Positions 13,250-26,499 of a DNA stretch of 64,000 nt are shown piece by piece. The notes beneath the pieces are model-generated. The model searched no databases, had not been told where the DNA came from, and saw nothing but the letters and a program-made list of their open reading frames with translations. The position numbers and the translations under genes are program-made. The stretch is from Camelus dromedarius (Eukaryota). The stretch spans positions 30,382,001 through 30,446,000 of the forward strand of contig NC_087436.1 of the NCBI RefSeq assembly GCF_036321535.1, written 5' to 3'. How positions within the stretch are numbered: the stretch's first letter is position 1; each line of letters opens with the position of its first letter.

Positions 13250-13500
13250 TGAATAAATAGTGTCCTAGAATATTTGAGGGTTTCACAACACAGAAACATA
13301 TACATACCACCAAGCAGTTATAATTGAGGGAGGGAGATAGCACATACATACAAAATATGAGTAACTTAAGGGAGATTATTTTGTAAATGCTACAGGAAAG
13401 ATATGAAGAAGTTGCTATGTAAGCATAGAGAAAGGAAATTTTAATTATGACTGGGAGAAACAAACAAAAAAAAGTAGTATGTAAATTGAACCTTCACATA
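13250..13500 (-). mobile_element. LINE-2 3' fragment
   Basis: Antisense L2-like purine-rich run (gttgctatgtaagcatagagaaaggaaattttaatt…ctgggag). Confidence 0.45.
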
Positions 13501-15359
13501 CCCTGATGAAAACTAATTCTGCTTCCTTTTTTCCCTCAGTCTCTGTACCTCCCTTTTTTCTCAATCAATACTTCCCTTTTCTTTCCAAGAACTCTTAGCT
13601 TCATTATTCTGCTTCTCTCTGCTTGGATCTCTGATTGTTATTCAGGCATGGTCCACACTTGCCCTGGTAACCAAACTTTGGACATCTTGGAGACCACATT
13701 TTAGCCTGACACACAGATCTGTAGGAACTGGAGGTGAAGATTGAAATTTTCCTTCAAAACAAGAGGGAATTCACGCTGGGAAAGACAGACGGAAGGCAGG
13801 AATAGGAATGATTCCCCAGCTAGAGGGGAAGAGGAAGTGGGCTAGAGGAAGTGTGCTTCAGTGTTTATGCAAAAATAGAGATTATCAATCCTCTTGGTGG
13901 CCTGCACCTCAGGTATGTGGCTGAGTCTAAGCAAAGTGTCTGAATCAAGAATCCTCAGGAGTCACACATTAAAATTAAAGAGCAGGAAACACAGAAACTG
14001 ATTCTCCCCGGGAAATCACTTTCTTCATTGTCTATTTTAATTCCCTCATTATATGCATTATATAATTGACCTTTTCTCACTTTAAGATTTCTATAAAAAA
14101 GAAAATTACAGTGAACTTATAAAGGAAGAAAGATATTTTTAAAACATTTTTAGAATTAAAATACAATATACATTTTTTTCATCAGAGAATGTTATTATGT
14201 TCTAATACACTTCAGTGACCACACCACAATATTACAGGGTATTGGGAACTCAAAGAAGTTTAATGAAATATAAGCAGGGTCAAGAGAGAAATGTGTGAAT
14301 TTGAAGTAAAAGGATAACAGAATAATCATATAATATAGGAGGCCAGTGTAAGTTTGCTCTAATAATACCCACAAAAGAACATGTGAAGGACAGAAGTTTA
14401 GAGAAAAAATATATCTTGCACATTTTAGGAATCATTACTACGTCAACTTCACATTGCAAAAAACAATAAAAATCTGACATAATTTCTGTTTTTTAAAGCT
14501 AGTTTTATCAATCTAAAAATATATGCATATCCACTATTAGAGAAGTATCATAGAACACTTGATTTTATTAAAAAAATACTAGTTACACGTGACCTTGAGT
14601 ATTAAAATCTTTTGAGCTTACATATATCATTTGTGTAACTTAAAGATAAAATAAGTTAATGACATCCACTAGAGTACCCTTCTTTTCTAGTCAGTATTCT
14701 AACCCTTTCAAGGAGCTTTTTGTTAGTCACTGTTATATGATTCATCTTTCTCAACTGGATTGCTGCTAATGAACTCATTCCTGTTTCAAGAATCCTTCTA
14801 TGCTTACTTGTGAAAAATGGATTCTTCATTTCTTTTCTGTTCCCCTGAAATCAAGAGAATGTTAAATTAATGGCTACTTACAGCAAGACAGTAAATTCCA
14901 GTGGTGATAAAATTATACACATACTAATGTTAGAGATCCACAATACATACTTCAAAGGTATTCCACATAGGTGAAAAATAAGAACAAGCATACATTAAAC
15001 ACCTACTAAATTATATTTGAGTAATGACTACACTAGAGTAATTATTTTACACACATATGATAAAAAGAAATGTAAGTTTTCTTTTTTCAGTGGGTTTTAA
15101 AACAAAAATAATACTCTAAATATGACAGAATTACAAATTTGATCCTAAAATTTATATGAAATGTATGTTGTTATGAAAATAGCCATAACATGAAAAATTA
15201 AAAAATATATATACCATAAAAATTATTGTTGGTTTTAACATTACAGTGGACCAATATAAATTAAATATTAATACTGAGGGAGAAAGTCTTCCATTTTCCT
15301 TAGTTATGTAGGCAATTAAAAAGCCTTGCCTGTACTTGAGTAGTCAAAAGTTGTGAGCT

Positions 15360-15735
15360 TGTAGAAATTAAACAACATACTCCTGAATAACCAATGGGTC
15401 AAAAAAGAAGTCAAAAGGAAAATAAAAAATATCTTTAAAAAATGAAAATGGAAGCACAGCATATCAATACCCATGGGATGCTGCAAACACAGTTCTAAGA
15501 GGAAAGTTTAGTTTGATAAATAACTATATTAAGAAAAAGAAAGATATCCAATAAACAACCCAATGTCCTTCTCTGTGTACTTGACAGAACTATCAAAGAA
15601 AAATGTAGAAGAGATACAGAACATTTAGACAATTATCAACCAACCTAACCTAGCAATATGTAAAGAACAATAAAACCAACAACTGCAGAATACATATTAA
15701 TCTTAATTGCACATGGAACAGTCACCATTAAAGTG
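15360..15735 (+). mobile_element. Two L1 ORF2 fragments
   Basis: gaaattaaacaacatactcctgaataaccaatgggtcaaa…tgggatgctgcaaacacagttctaagaggaaagttta, followed by an earlier endonuclease-region piece (ccaacaactgcagaatacata…gcacatggaaca). Confidence 0.8.
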
Positions 15736-15789
15736 AAATGCACATGGAATACTCAACTTGATCAATAGTGAAATGTGTTTATTTTCTAA

Positions 15790-16285
15790 AAAAGAATTCT
15801 GCATGTATGTACACAGTAGGTTTATTCATAATAAACTACAACAATTAAAATGTCCATCAACTGGTGAATATAATAAATACATAAATAATAAATAAATAAA
15901 TAAATAAATGGCAAATTCATATGAAAGAATGCTATTTAGCATACATGAGAATAAAATATTGATATAACAACAGAAATAAATCTGGAAAACATAATGCTGA
16001 AAGAAAGAAGTAAAATTTTAGGAAGTGAAGAAACTGTATTATTACATTTATAGCAATTTATAGAATAAATAAAACTAACCAATGTTGAAAGAAAGGAGAA
16101 TATGAGAATTTCCTGAGTGAGATTTTCACTAGGAGGGCTATAAGGAAGCTTCTAGGATAATAGAAGTTTTCTATTTCTTGATAGGTGTGTTTGATTTACA
16201 ATTCCACACATTCTGAAATACTAATTGCCCAATGCGTTTAAGATTTGTTCATTTCACTGTATGTAAATTTTACTTCAATGAAATA
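15790..16285 (+). mobile_element. Old L1 (L1MD/ME-like) 3' UTR with (AAAT)n
   Basis: ttattcataata…aaatgtccatcaactggtgaat…ttaagatttgttcatttcactgtatgtaaattttacttcaat. Confidence 0.75.
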
Positions 16286-19200
16286 TGTTTAGCATCTTGT
16301 CATATGAGGTATTTTAGCAGTAAAATCACTACATTGTTTTTGAATAAAAATACAAGTTAATAAAGAATACATTATGACAGATCAATACTTTATTACATTA
16401 TATTAATATCTCTATAATATGTATTGGCTTACATATGGTATTTTATGCATGTTCCAAAATAGATACTGTGGATATTTGAAAACATAAATACTACACTAAT
16501 GTAAAATATGTTCAAAGTATTTTCAAATTATATATTAATACTTTTCTAAGCTATCACAAATTCAGCTAAATCACGGAAAAAAGTTACCTTAACTTTTAAT
16601 GCAAAACTCAGATAATACACCACAATCATTCTACAAAGTATTTTGGCAATTCTTTATAACAGAACCATTAATTTTTTTTAATTAAGATTTCTAAAATTAA
16701 TTTAAAAATTTTTAATTGCTGGACTATGGCATCCTGAGAAATAATTACCTGTCCAACTGCAAAAACGAAGTGCACTATTACATTCACTTGGCTTTCTTTA
16801 GTCTTGCTTCGTATATTCCTATTCACTTGAACAATATTATTAAGTTCTGAAGTTGATTATATAGGTTGCTTTGTGAATAGGCACAAGCAGCATTTCAGAC
16901 AGCTAAAAATAATGTTCTGTTTGGTTTTAAGTGAAATACTTACACCTATCATCTGCTTTGAAGAATATGCACTAAATATTAGAATTAAAATGTTCACCAC
17001 TTTAAATCTGCTCTGGAAAAGTAAGAATTAGTTTGGCGACAGTTAACATTTTAGATATTATCTTTAAAGTAATATTTTTAATACTGTGCCTTTCCACTCA
17101 CAAAACCAAAGTCCTTTACAGTGCTCTCAATCATTAATTATAAGTAGAACAACAATGATTTCTCTTTGTTTTCTTTTACAGTTTTAAGTAAAACAATATT
17201 ACTATGGTAAAAACAATTTTTCTAACATATTATGTAATCTGAAGAAACACTGATGTACAGAAACTAATTTTCATATGTAATTAACAGAATCCTTCCTTAA
17301 GGGCAATGTTTTTGAAAATATACATTAACAACTATAAGATAAAATATAAATATTGGCTTTCTTATTGAGTATAATTTTGACATGCATAATTTTCATATTT
17401 TAATTAAATATTCCACTAAATTAATCTAACAATTAACACTGTGAATTATGAGACACACAGTAAGTGTATCATAATGAATGATGGAAAAAATTTTATAAAA
17501 ATGAAATCTTATATACAGGCTTTTCTTCTCACACTGTTAGTTCTCAGCAAAATCATCACCATCTTTTTTATGCTCTCACATAAAAAATAGTAGTCTTTGG
17601 GTTTTGTTTGCATAGAAATAGTCTGATTGAGGCTAGGATTGCCCAAAGTAAAGGTGCTGGGAGGAAGGAGAGAATGAAAAGTGCCCACTGAACTGAGAAG
17701 GTATCTTGAGATCAAAAAAAGAGGCAGGCAACTCCATATAATCAATGGATCAATTTATTATAGGGTAACTTGCTCACAGGGCATTCGCAGTTGCGCTCTG
17801 CCTGGCTGAGGGGCCATTGGGACAAATGTACAGCTAACTTAGAGTATAGGGGTATGTGATCAGAAACAGGAAGAATATTCCTAAGTCAAGATTTATGAAT
17901 GGGTAACTAGTCTTACGCATGCCAGGAAGGTCATCAGTGAAGGTCTTCTTCATTGTCTAGAGACTACCAGAGCATAGAGGCTACCTGGACCAAATGATCA
18001 TTAAACATCTATTAACTACAAAGCCCTTAAAGACAGAGAAGAGATTTGCTCCACATTACAGCCCAAGGTAGGGTCAGTGGAAGGACAGGAGGAGCTGAAA
18101 GGGCTCAAGCGAGCATCAGTTAGGCTAACAGTCATACAGAAGGTGTAGGTTTGTTAGGGATCATCTACAAGTTGAAGTACAGGATACGTGGGGTTCTCCA
18201 ATACTGACCATAAACAGGTTTGATGAAGACAAGCACAAGATCGAGTGCTCTGGGACATGGGTCCGTGACTCTGTCCAGCAATGTACTTTTACCCCATCCC
18301 TTCTACATACCTACCTCCTCCAACCTAATTACAAAGACATCAAGCTTTCTGGCACAGATTTAAGTTTTCTTCTTCTACCCACCTTTTGCCATTGTTACTT
18401 AAAATATATGACTAATTTGCAGCCAGAAAGCACAGAGTCAGGACTGAGAGATGTCAGCTTCCTGGTCTCAAAGTATACTTTGTTCACAGTAGAAGGAGAC
18501 CCTGTAATGCCCGGCAATATTTACATTCTCCCGGTTTCTTTCTTTGCCTGCCAGCCTGCAACACTCTTCTGCCACCCTTCCACTTCCCTAGTAACTGACC
18601 ATCTGTCACTTTATTCCTCTATTTACTGCCCCTGGACTTCAATCCTAAAAAATATATGAAGCATTAAGTCACAGATCTCCAAGTGGTAGACTGCTTGCCC
18701 ATTAGGAAGTGGTGAGAATAGATTTTTTTAGGAGAAAGAAAACAGGGAATCACATAAGTGTTAGAAAGGTAATGTGAAAATGAGTCCTGGAATTCCCAGG
18801 TTAAAAGAGGGCCAAAGAGGATTAAACAGGATTAGGAACAAAACAAGGAATAAGAGTGCATCTCATGTTTCTTTTTGACTCATTAAAATAAAATTTTAAA
18901 AAAAGGAAAAACCAGATTACTTCTGGGAATGCACAAAGGAAATACGTTTTGTGTCAAATACAAGCCTAATTATCCTTAAAAATTGTCACCAACTGTGAAT
19001 TACAGTAATTAACAAGGCATCAAATATTTTTGTCTCAAAATTTGGAAGATTTAAAAATACAAACATATTGGTAGCCAAATTAAGTGATGTAAACTGAAGG
19101 GTAAACAAGTAAAACAAACTAGATTACCTGTGGGGAGAGATTAGAAAGAACTGAAACCTTGATGTAATAAAGACAACCTCTTATGTGTTTTCATTATTAC

Positions 19201-19379
19201 CCAGGGCCTTCCTTGATTTTATACTTGTCTGTAAGCAAAGTAGCAAGAACTCAATTCAGAAGAATTTAGCCTCCTGAATCGTTGCCAACAGATGTCCCTT
19301 TTAAGGAAGCACGGTAGTAAGTTCAGTCAATAGCATCATTGTTACTTCTTAAGAAATGGGAAAATGTCACTATGTGGAA

Positions 19380-19495
19380 GGCCCTTCCTTGTGTCTTCCT
19401 AGCTCTGGTGACTACCATCAATCACTGGTATTCTTTGGCCCACAGACAAATTGTTCCAATCACTGCCTCCATCATTACATGGCAGATCTCTCCAA
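19380..19495 (-). mobile_element. MLT1 LTR fragment
   Basis: ccttccttgtgtcttcctagctctggtg…ccaatcactgcctccatcattacatggc. Confidence 0.65.
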
Positions 19496-21197
19496 TGACC
19501 ACAGTCATTAGGTCTCATGTTTCATCTATACTCTGTTTCCTTTTTGCTGAGCTATGAATATAGAAATGAGGACTCTTGTGTGTCTACTGATTATTCAATA
19601 ACATTTGAAAAGTCTTATGGTTAGTAGATATTGCTATGTTATGAGTGACCTATTACTATTTTTCTTTCTGACACTCAATCACTTTGTGCTTTGAGTCTAT
19701 TAGGGCAGAATTATAAGTGAGCATTTGGTCCAAACATCTCTTAGGCTGGCCCCAATGATGACAAGTTCTAAAAGGCTTTTCGCACTGGCATCCTTATAGT
19801 GAAAATTCTGCACTTGGGTCACTTCAAACTGTAGGAAAATTTTCCAAGCTTTTATCTTGCTTTGTTTGTGAAACTCTGATTCTAGGAGAAATTTGTCTAA
19901 ATATCCTGTCTACTGGAAATTTAAAATTTGAGGGAACTGTAATTATAGATAGCCAATCATTAGTTTGGACCCAAAACACAAAGTAAACAAACAGCATGTA
20001 TGACCAACCACTGCCAGATACATTTCAGGCCAACCCTTGCCACCTCTGGCCTGGACTTAGGTTTCCATAAATTTATATTATGTGTGTTTTTTTTAAAGCA
20101 GACTGATATCACTAAACATAATTTGGAATTATAGAAGTCACACTAGTCACATTAGTGAACTTTTGATACAAATGAAATTGTTTCAGAGGTGTCATGCAAG
20201 GGAAAAAAGAATCAGTAACTAGATCCAATGATTTACTTTATTTTTGTTATGAGGAAGCTTCCAAGAGAAATTCAGATTATAAAACTGCTTCTTTAAAACA
20301 AACAAACAAACAAACAAAAAACCCTTTAAAATCTCTTTCTTTAAGATACCTTCAAACCACACATTGAACCTGCTTTCATTCCACTATTCTTCTTCCCATT
20401 CAATGATCTCCCATTATCTCCCTTTCATAGCCCTCCTTTTGTACCATTTTCTCTCTGGTCAATCAGAAACCTCCAAAATCCAATGGCTTCTTAAAATTAA
20501 ACTTGCTTGAATGCAGGGCAAGTCAGTTATGTTTGGTGTTAAGCCTAGTTTCAGCCAGAGAGAGGCATAGCTTAAAATTTTATAAAACCTATACAAGACA
20601 AGAAAGAATTCAGAGCACAGCAATCTGCAAAGGAGAGCTCAGAAAGACAAAATAATGACATTCTGCCACTGCATAGCAAAAATAAGACAATTATAGCAAG
20701 CACATTAATTCAACCACCAGAACTGTACACAATGTAGTAAATATATAAACACTGATACTAACTCAGTTTCCCAAAGTGGTACTTTGAGGTCATTTGCCAA
20801 GAATGTGGTAACTATATTCCAACAGATCACTTTTCACCTTCACTGTTACTAAAAGCTTAAGTAAAAATATGAAATTACAGACTGGACTAAATCAGGGAAC
20901 ATTTCCTCTAGTTGTTTGGATACTTAGAAACTGGGATAACTAACTTAGATATACACTTCAGGCATTAAGTCTTAAATATTGTTGTGCAGACACAGACAAA
21001 AAAAAAAAAAGAAATAATAATCCAACAACAAAAAAAAGATAGAATATTTGGTGTCTGAAGATATTCAAACAGCCATGATGGGAACCTGGATACAAAGTCT
21101 GACACTTCAAACAGTAGTGCAGATGTGGATCTAACACAGACCCAGAAAATAATGGCTGATTTTCCAGTGTAGAATGAATGGAGAATGAATGTGAGTG

Positions 21198-21752
21198 TGA
21201 CAGAAAACTGAGATGATCTACTTAAACTCAGCTGATGGGAGTAAGACCTGAGGTGAACCATACTGACCTGACATCCCTTAACGGTTTGTTTCCAGAATTC
21301 TTAACCAGGAAGCTCAGACTGTAAACCAGGAAATACCTTCACTGTTTGCTTTTGAAAATTCTGGTAAACCAACTTTGTGAGCAAATAATGTGTTCACTTG
21401 GCCAAGTCACTTTTTATTCTTGTCAACAGTTTGCTCAGCTGGACAAACTGCTCACTTCTCAGAACAAAAATTTTTTCACCATAATTACTTTCAGGAGACT
21501 CACCCTCCTGGGCCCACTGATCCTACACACTGTATCAGGAAATTTGTTTAGTCCTAATCAGTTACCTGCATGTATACATCTGCTCTAAAGCTCTCAAGCT
21601 AAGACCTCCAAACTCTGTACATATGTTTAATGAAATTCCTTGTTTTGAGAATTCTTGAGGAAATGTCATAGTAGTAATTCTTCTGTGTTTGGGCAAATGT
21701 AGTGAATTCAACATTGTTGATAAATTTTAGTGGTCTTTATTTAAATGTGACA
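21198..21752 (+). mobile_element. Old ERV1-type solo LTR (MER34/MER89/MER90/MER110 group)
   Basis: About 555 bp with tga…tgaca termini and cttgtcaacagtttgctcag, cctaatcagttacctgc motifs; L2-like flanks. Confidence 0.55.
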
Positions 21753-24269
21753 GTAGACAACAAGGACAGTGAAGTTGTATTGCTAGTGTTTCGAGTTGAA
21801 AACAAAGTGTTACTAGTAGTCCTTAGTAATTTTGAGTAATTATCATAGACCTTTGCAATGAGATTAAAAGAAATTTGATTGCAGCCTAGTGCTTATCTAG
21901 AAAATTATGGGAAGTGGCAAAAAGTCACGGATTTATAAAGACATCTGAATGCTGAGGTCTGGGGTAGGGAGGAGAAAAATAAAGTCTGTTAGAATTATAA
22001 CAGTCATTCCTTCTTTGGTTTGTTTTAATAAGTTAAAAAATATCTCTACCTCCAAATAATACACATGTATCATTCAATAATACTTTAGAAAATGGATCAA
22101 ATGTAAATTCAATCTTAATATTTTCTATTATCAGTTTAAGTTTTAAATTATGTCTAAACATGATACAGAAATTTCAATTCACATTTATATATTCAAGTCA
22201 ATAATTATGAAGCCTGAAGATTTTTTTTTTATTCAAGTAGTGTATTTTTTTGTTAAAGTACCTAATAACATCATGTGGCTCAAACATATAATTCAAACAC
22301 TATGTATGTCTGTTGCAAGGAAATAAACCACCAAACTCTAGTTTCCAAATAACAAATATAATGAAAACAAAAAACATTTTGTGTTTTTTCAGATATTCTC
22401 CTATTTACACATTTTCTTTAATTGTCTAATGTGTAATAAACATAATGCTTCTAATGTTTGTGTTCAATTTAATGACATATAGATTTTTCCATTGTGCTTT
22501 TCAGAAATAGGAATACCTTCTTTGATATAAGAATTGTGGTCCTTTTTATCAAACTATATATTTGAAAGCTGATTACTTATAACTCTGATTCTATGGATTA
22601 CATTCATAATTGCCTTAAATAGAACAGAATAAAGATTTACTAGAAATAGCTCATTGTTTTGTGTTTCCTCAAGACTACTTTCTGGTTTCAAAAAATGAAA
22701 ATGCTTATTTTTGTATCTGTCATTTGACAGAGAAACTTAAGAGTTTTTCACTTCAAATTATCTTTAGCACACTCAGTAGTGTATTACAAAGAGTACAGTG
22801 CCATCTATTGGGTAACATTATTCCCAAGTTGTGCCCATGTTTTGTTGTTTAGTTTTATGGGTTTTGTTTTTGCCTTTTTTTCTTTACATTTTAAGTGTAT
22901 TTTGATAAAACTGTAACATACCAGAAAAGTGGACTCATTTATCTAATCTGCATCAAGTTTTCCACATACACACAAAAAATCATGTTCGCTGTTTGATAAT
23001 TTTGTGATGTTACTGAGTTAACTACTACCAAAACAGTAAATAAATGAGATAAATGAGACCAGGTTTTATAGATAATGTCTAAGAAATCAGAAGGAAAAAA
23101 CTTGCTGAATCTATTTTGAGAAACAATTTTCAGGATTAAATAAACTTATGGCATTGAATTCATGTTTAAAGAGATATCAAAATTTGGATATTATTATCAG
23201 GCTTAAAAAAAGAACTATACGATTTTGTAGGGAAAGTCATAATAATTCTGCATATAAATATGAATTTTTCTCATTTAAAAAAAAAAGAGGCACAAAGAAG
23301 GAAAAGGAACCTAGGACACTGGGAATATTTGAAATAGTCCGAGAAATAAACATTTTTAGAGTTGGAGTCAGATCATCCCGGTGCTTTATGTAAGAGTGTT
23401 AGTTATCTTTCCATGCCTAGTTAGGATTGAAAATAAATCATTCTGTCTTTTGATTGTAACAACTTCCAGTCAGGATAACAGTTTTGGGAATTTAGCAAAA
23501 CAGACACCGACTAGTGACTTTGCTTAACCCAGGCAGCTTCTTTCCTTTTCATACTGTATTGAGGTTCTTATTTTATTGAAAGCTTGAGATGAGTAATGTG
23601 TCCCAAGGAAGGCAGGAGATGAAGAATTCACACATTCTAGTAAATTGTCTTCTCCTATGATAGTGCTGCTGTATAGAATTTAATTAAATGATGGAAAGAA
23701 GCCTTGAAATCATTGAGTAAGCACAAAATTAAAGTGCATTACAGAGCCACTCTTCTAGTTTAAACTCTTTGTTTGAGGAGATGAGGAATATTGCTGTATT
23801 CAGGTCCAAGTGGTAGAGTTGGGGGATAGTTAAGCATGGGGTGCAGCATATATGCCAAATCTGAGAGTTAAAATATTTTATTTTTAGGGCATAAATATGA
23901 TTTATGGAAGATGTTTAAAACACAGGTTTAAAAATCCAGAAAAAGGAAATTCTTCCTAAAATTTGTGACCAATCTGAAAATCAAAGGGCAAAGTAGAATA
24001 GTTTGTATGTTCTCAAGTGTGTACTTCACTAACTTTTCTTATTATTGTACATTTTATAATTTGAATTTAAGTTAAATATGTTCACTATCTACATATTTAC
24101 ACATAAATTTAGCTTTAAGTGGCATTGCCTAAGAGCAATTAACATTGGGGATTTAACATCTGAATAGCTAGCTAAAGGGAATTTTATAAAGATATTAATT
24201 TCATATTATCTGAAATTAGTAATATATAATACATATGTTTGGTTAATTCCTAATTAACCGAACACTTTA

Positions 24270-24450
24270 CATGTAAACACACACACTTACAATTATTTTC
24301 TCACAATAATTTCATTAATTTGGCAAGGCATGTTTGTTATGACATTTTACAGATAAGAAAAGCATGGCTTATAAAGTTTAAATAGTTCACTCCTATTTAA
24401 TAAGTAGGAGAAGTTGTATTTGAACTCACGCCTCCAAATTCCACTTCCTA
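24270..24450 (-). mobile_element. MIR SINE
   Basis: Core cattttacagataagaaa…ataagtaggagaagttgtatttgaactcacgcct. Confidence 0.65.
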
Positions 24451-25172
24451 AGTTCTACATCTCGGTCAGTCTGCCTGAAAGATTCTTGTTTTCACAATCT
24501 CTCTGTGATGCTTTGCACTTACACGTTCTTACTAAAGGATAAGAGGCTCCTATTTGCTTGAGGACTTGACTCGAGTAGAGAAAAAGTATACTATGGTAAC
24601 TCTCAATGTTTTATGTATTCCCTAGGCTTTAAAAATTAATTATTTTTTTAAATTCTGCAAATATATTAAGAAATATCACAAACAGTACTGAGCAAGTAAT
24701 GTGATCAACAGGGAAAATATTTCAATATCTTGTTATGTAATTGGATACTTTATTCTATCACCACTGAAGTTTTTCAAGTCACATTTTTATTTAATTTATT
24801 TTCAGTAAAAATAAAAATAAAATATATTTTAGAAATTGACCAGGAATTCACTGAAATTCACTAATTGCAAATAGAGTATGCTGTTTCAGAACACAAATCT
24901 AAGTTTATATGATGATTATGGAAATATCTTTACATGTATTGTTTGTAAGTGATAAATTTATGGCACAATGAAGAAAAAGTCATCTGTTTTCTCACTTGGA
25001 AGTGAAGAATCAATCTGAAAAAGTTTAAATGATTTCTAACTTCAAACTATTCTTATATTAAACAAATTTAGGGCCATATGGAATCTACTAAATTATGAAA
25101 TAGGAAAAAAATTGGAAAGGGAGCTATAAATGATTGAGTTTGTTCCTTTATTTTTTATTCAAATTGTATACA

Positions 25173-25555
25173 CAAGTTTCCCCCACTATCTGAAAGGAGA
25201 GCATTCTTAGGAAATTTCTGTAAACTTGAAATGGCATAAAGCAAAGAAGCAATTACCTTAGGACACATCTTGATAAAGGACTGATCTTACAGACCCAGTT
25301 CAAAGCTATGGCAGCTTGATGCTGAGAAGCTGAGTGTCGTTCCTGGGGAAGAAGCTTGGCAGTACTGCCCTGGGTACACACTGCCTCTCAAAAAGACTGC
25401 TCCAAAACAAACATTCAATGCTATTTGTGGTTTTTGCCTTTCCTGTAAAATCCCCTTCATATTTCTTTCATTTAGCAAAAACAGTTACTAATATATGGTT
25501 CTTTTGTAAAAATGAGGTGGCATAAAATGAACCTTTGAAAAGTAGAGGATACCTG
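25173..25555. mobile_element. MER6-like TcMar-Tigger non-autonomous element
   Basis: Terminal inverted repeats caagtttcccccactatctgaaag / ctttgaaaagtagaggatacctg; internal gaaatggcataaagcaaagaagcaattacc. Confidence 0.75.
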
Positions 25556-25846
25556 AATATGTATTCATACACATTTATATGTTTGTTATAAGCTCTTCAG
25601 ATGATAGAGATAGGCTAAAACATTTTTTATAAACTTTTTCCTAATATTGAGCTTCCTAGTTTGTATATACTCACAAGTGACTCCGTAAATTAAAAAAAAA
25701 AACCTGTTAAGATAGCCCTATTGTTTTTAATTCAAAAATATTATTTTTGTTTTAATCTAAATATACATTTATTAAACAAATGTTATCGGGTTAGCTGAGA
25801 AAAGAACAAATTTTTTCTAAAAACAACTATAAATCAAAAGGGTGGC

Positions 25847-26223
25847 TGTATTAGTTTTCTAGGCTGCTGTAGCAAGTGCCACAGCAAACTAAACAACGTA
25901 AATTTATTTTCTCACAACCCTGGAAGCTAGAAATCTGAGATTAAGGTATTGTATTGGCAGGACTGTTTCTTCTGAGATCTCTGCCTTGACTTGTAGATGG
26001 ACATCTTTTCTGTGTCTTTACATGTTTTTCCCTCTGTGCATGTCTGGGTCCAAAGATCTTCTTATAAAAACACTAGTCATATTGGATTAGGGTCCACCTT
26101 AATGACTTCATTTTAACTTTTAAAGATCCTATCTCTAAGTGCAGTCACACTCTTAGGTACACTGGAGGATAGGACTTCAACATATAAATTTTTCTGAGTG
26201 GGGGCACAATTTAGCCTATAATA
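25847..26223 (-). mobile_element. MLT1B-like MaLR solo LTR
   Basis: tgtattagttttctaggctgctgtagcaa…gtcatattggattagggtccacct…ggcacaatttagcctataata; partial TSD gtggc/gtgag. Confidence 0.88.
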
Positions 26224-26499
26224 GTGAGTTCTATTAAAACAGAGAGTATATCCATTCTCATTTCATTCTGTATTTTTTATTTTTTATTAAATACTAGGAT
26301 CACAAAATTATAATACAATAAAATATAATTTTGAAAATTATATTATCAATATATTTCCTTTTCATCTTTAAACATCAATTTAATTGAACTTAGAATATCA
26401 TTAAGCAAAATGCATTTTCAATCTACATGTTTTGAAATGAATGACAACAGTAAAATAATGTTTGTTTATTAATTCATTCAAAAAAGAAATTAGTGATCA

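Noticed and set aside
16749..16902. Possible minus-strand exon (ttttag acceptor, CAG|GTAATT donor)
   Set aside because: All three frames contain stops and no partner exons were found. A non-coding exon cannot be excluded but is unsupported.
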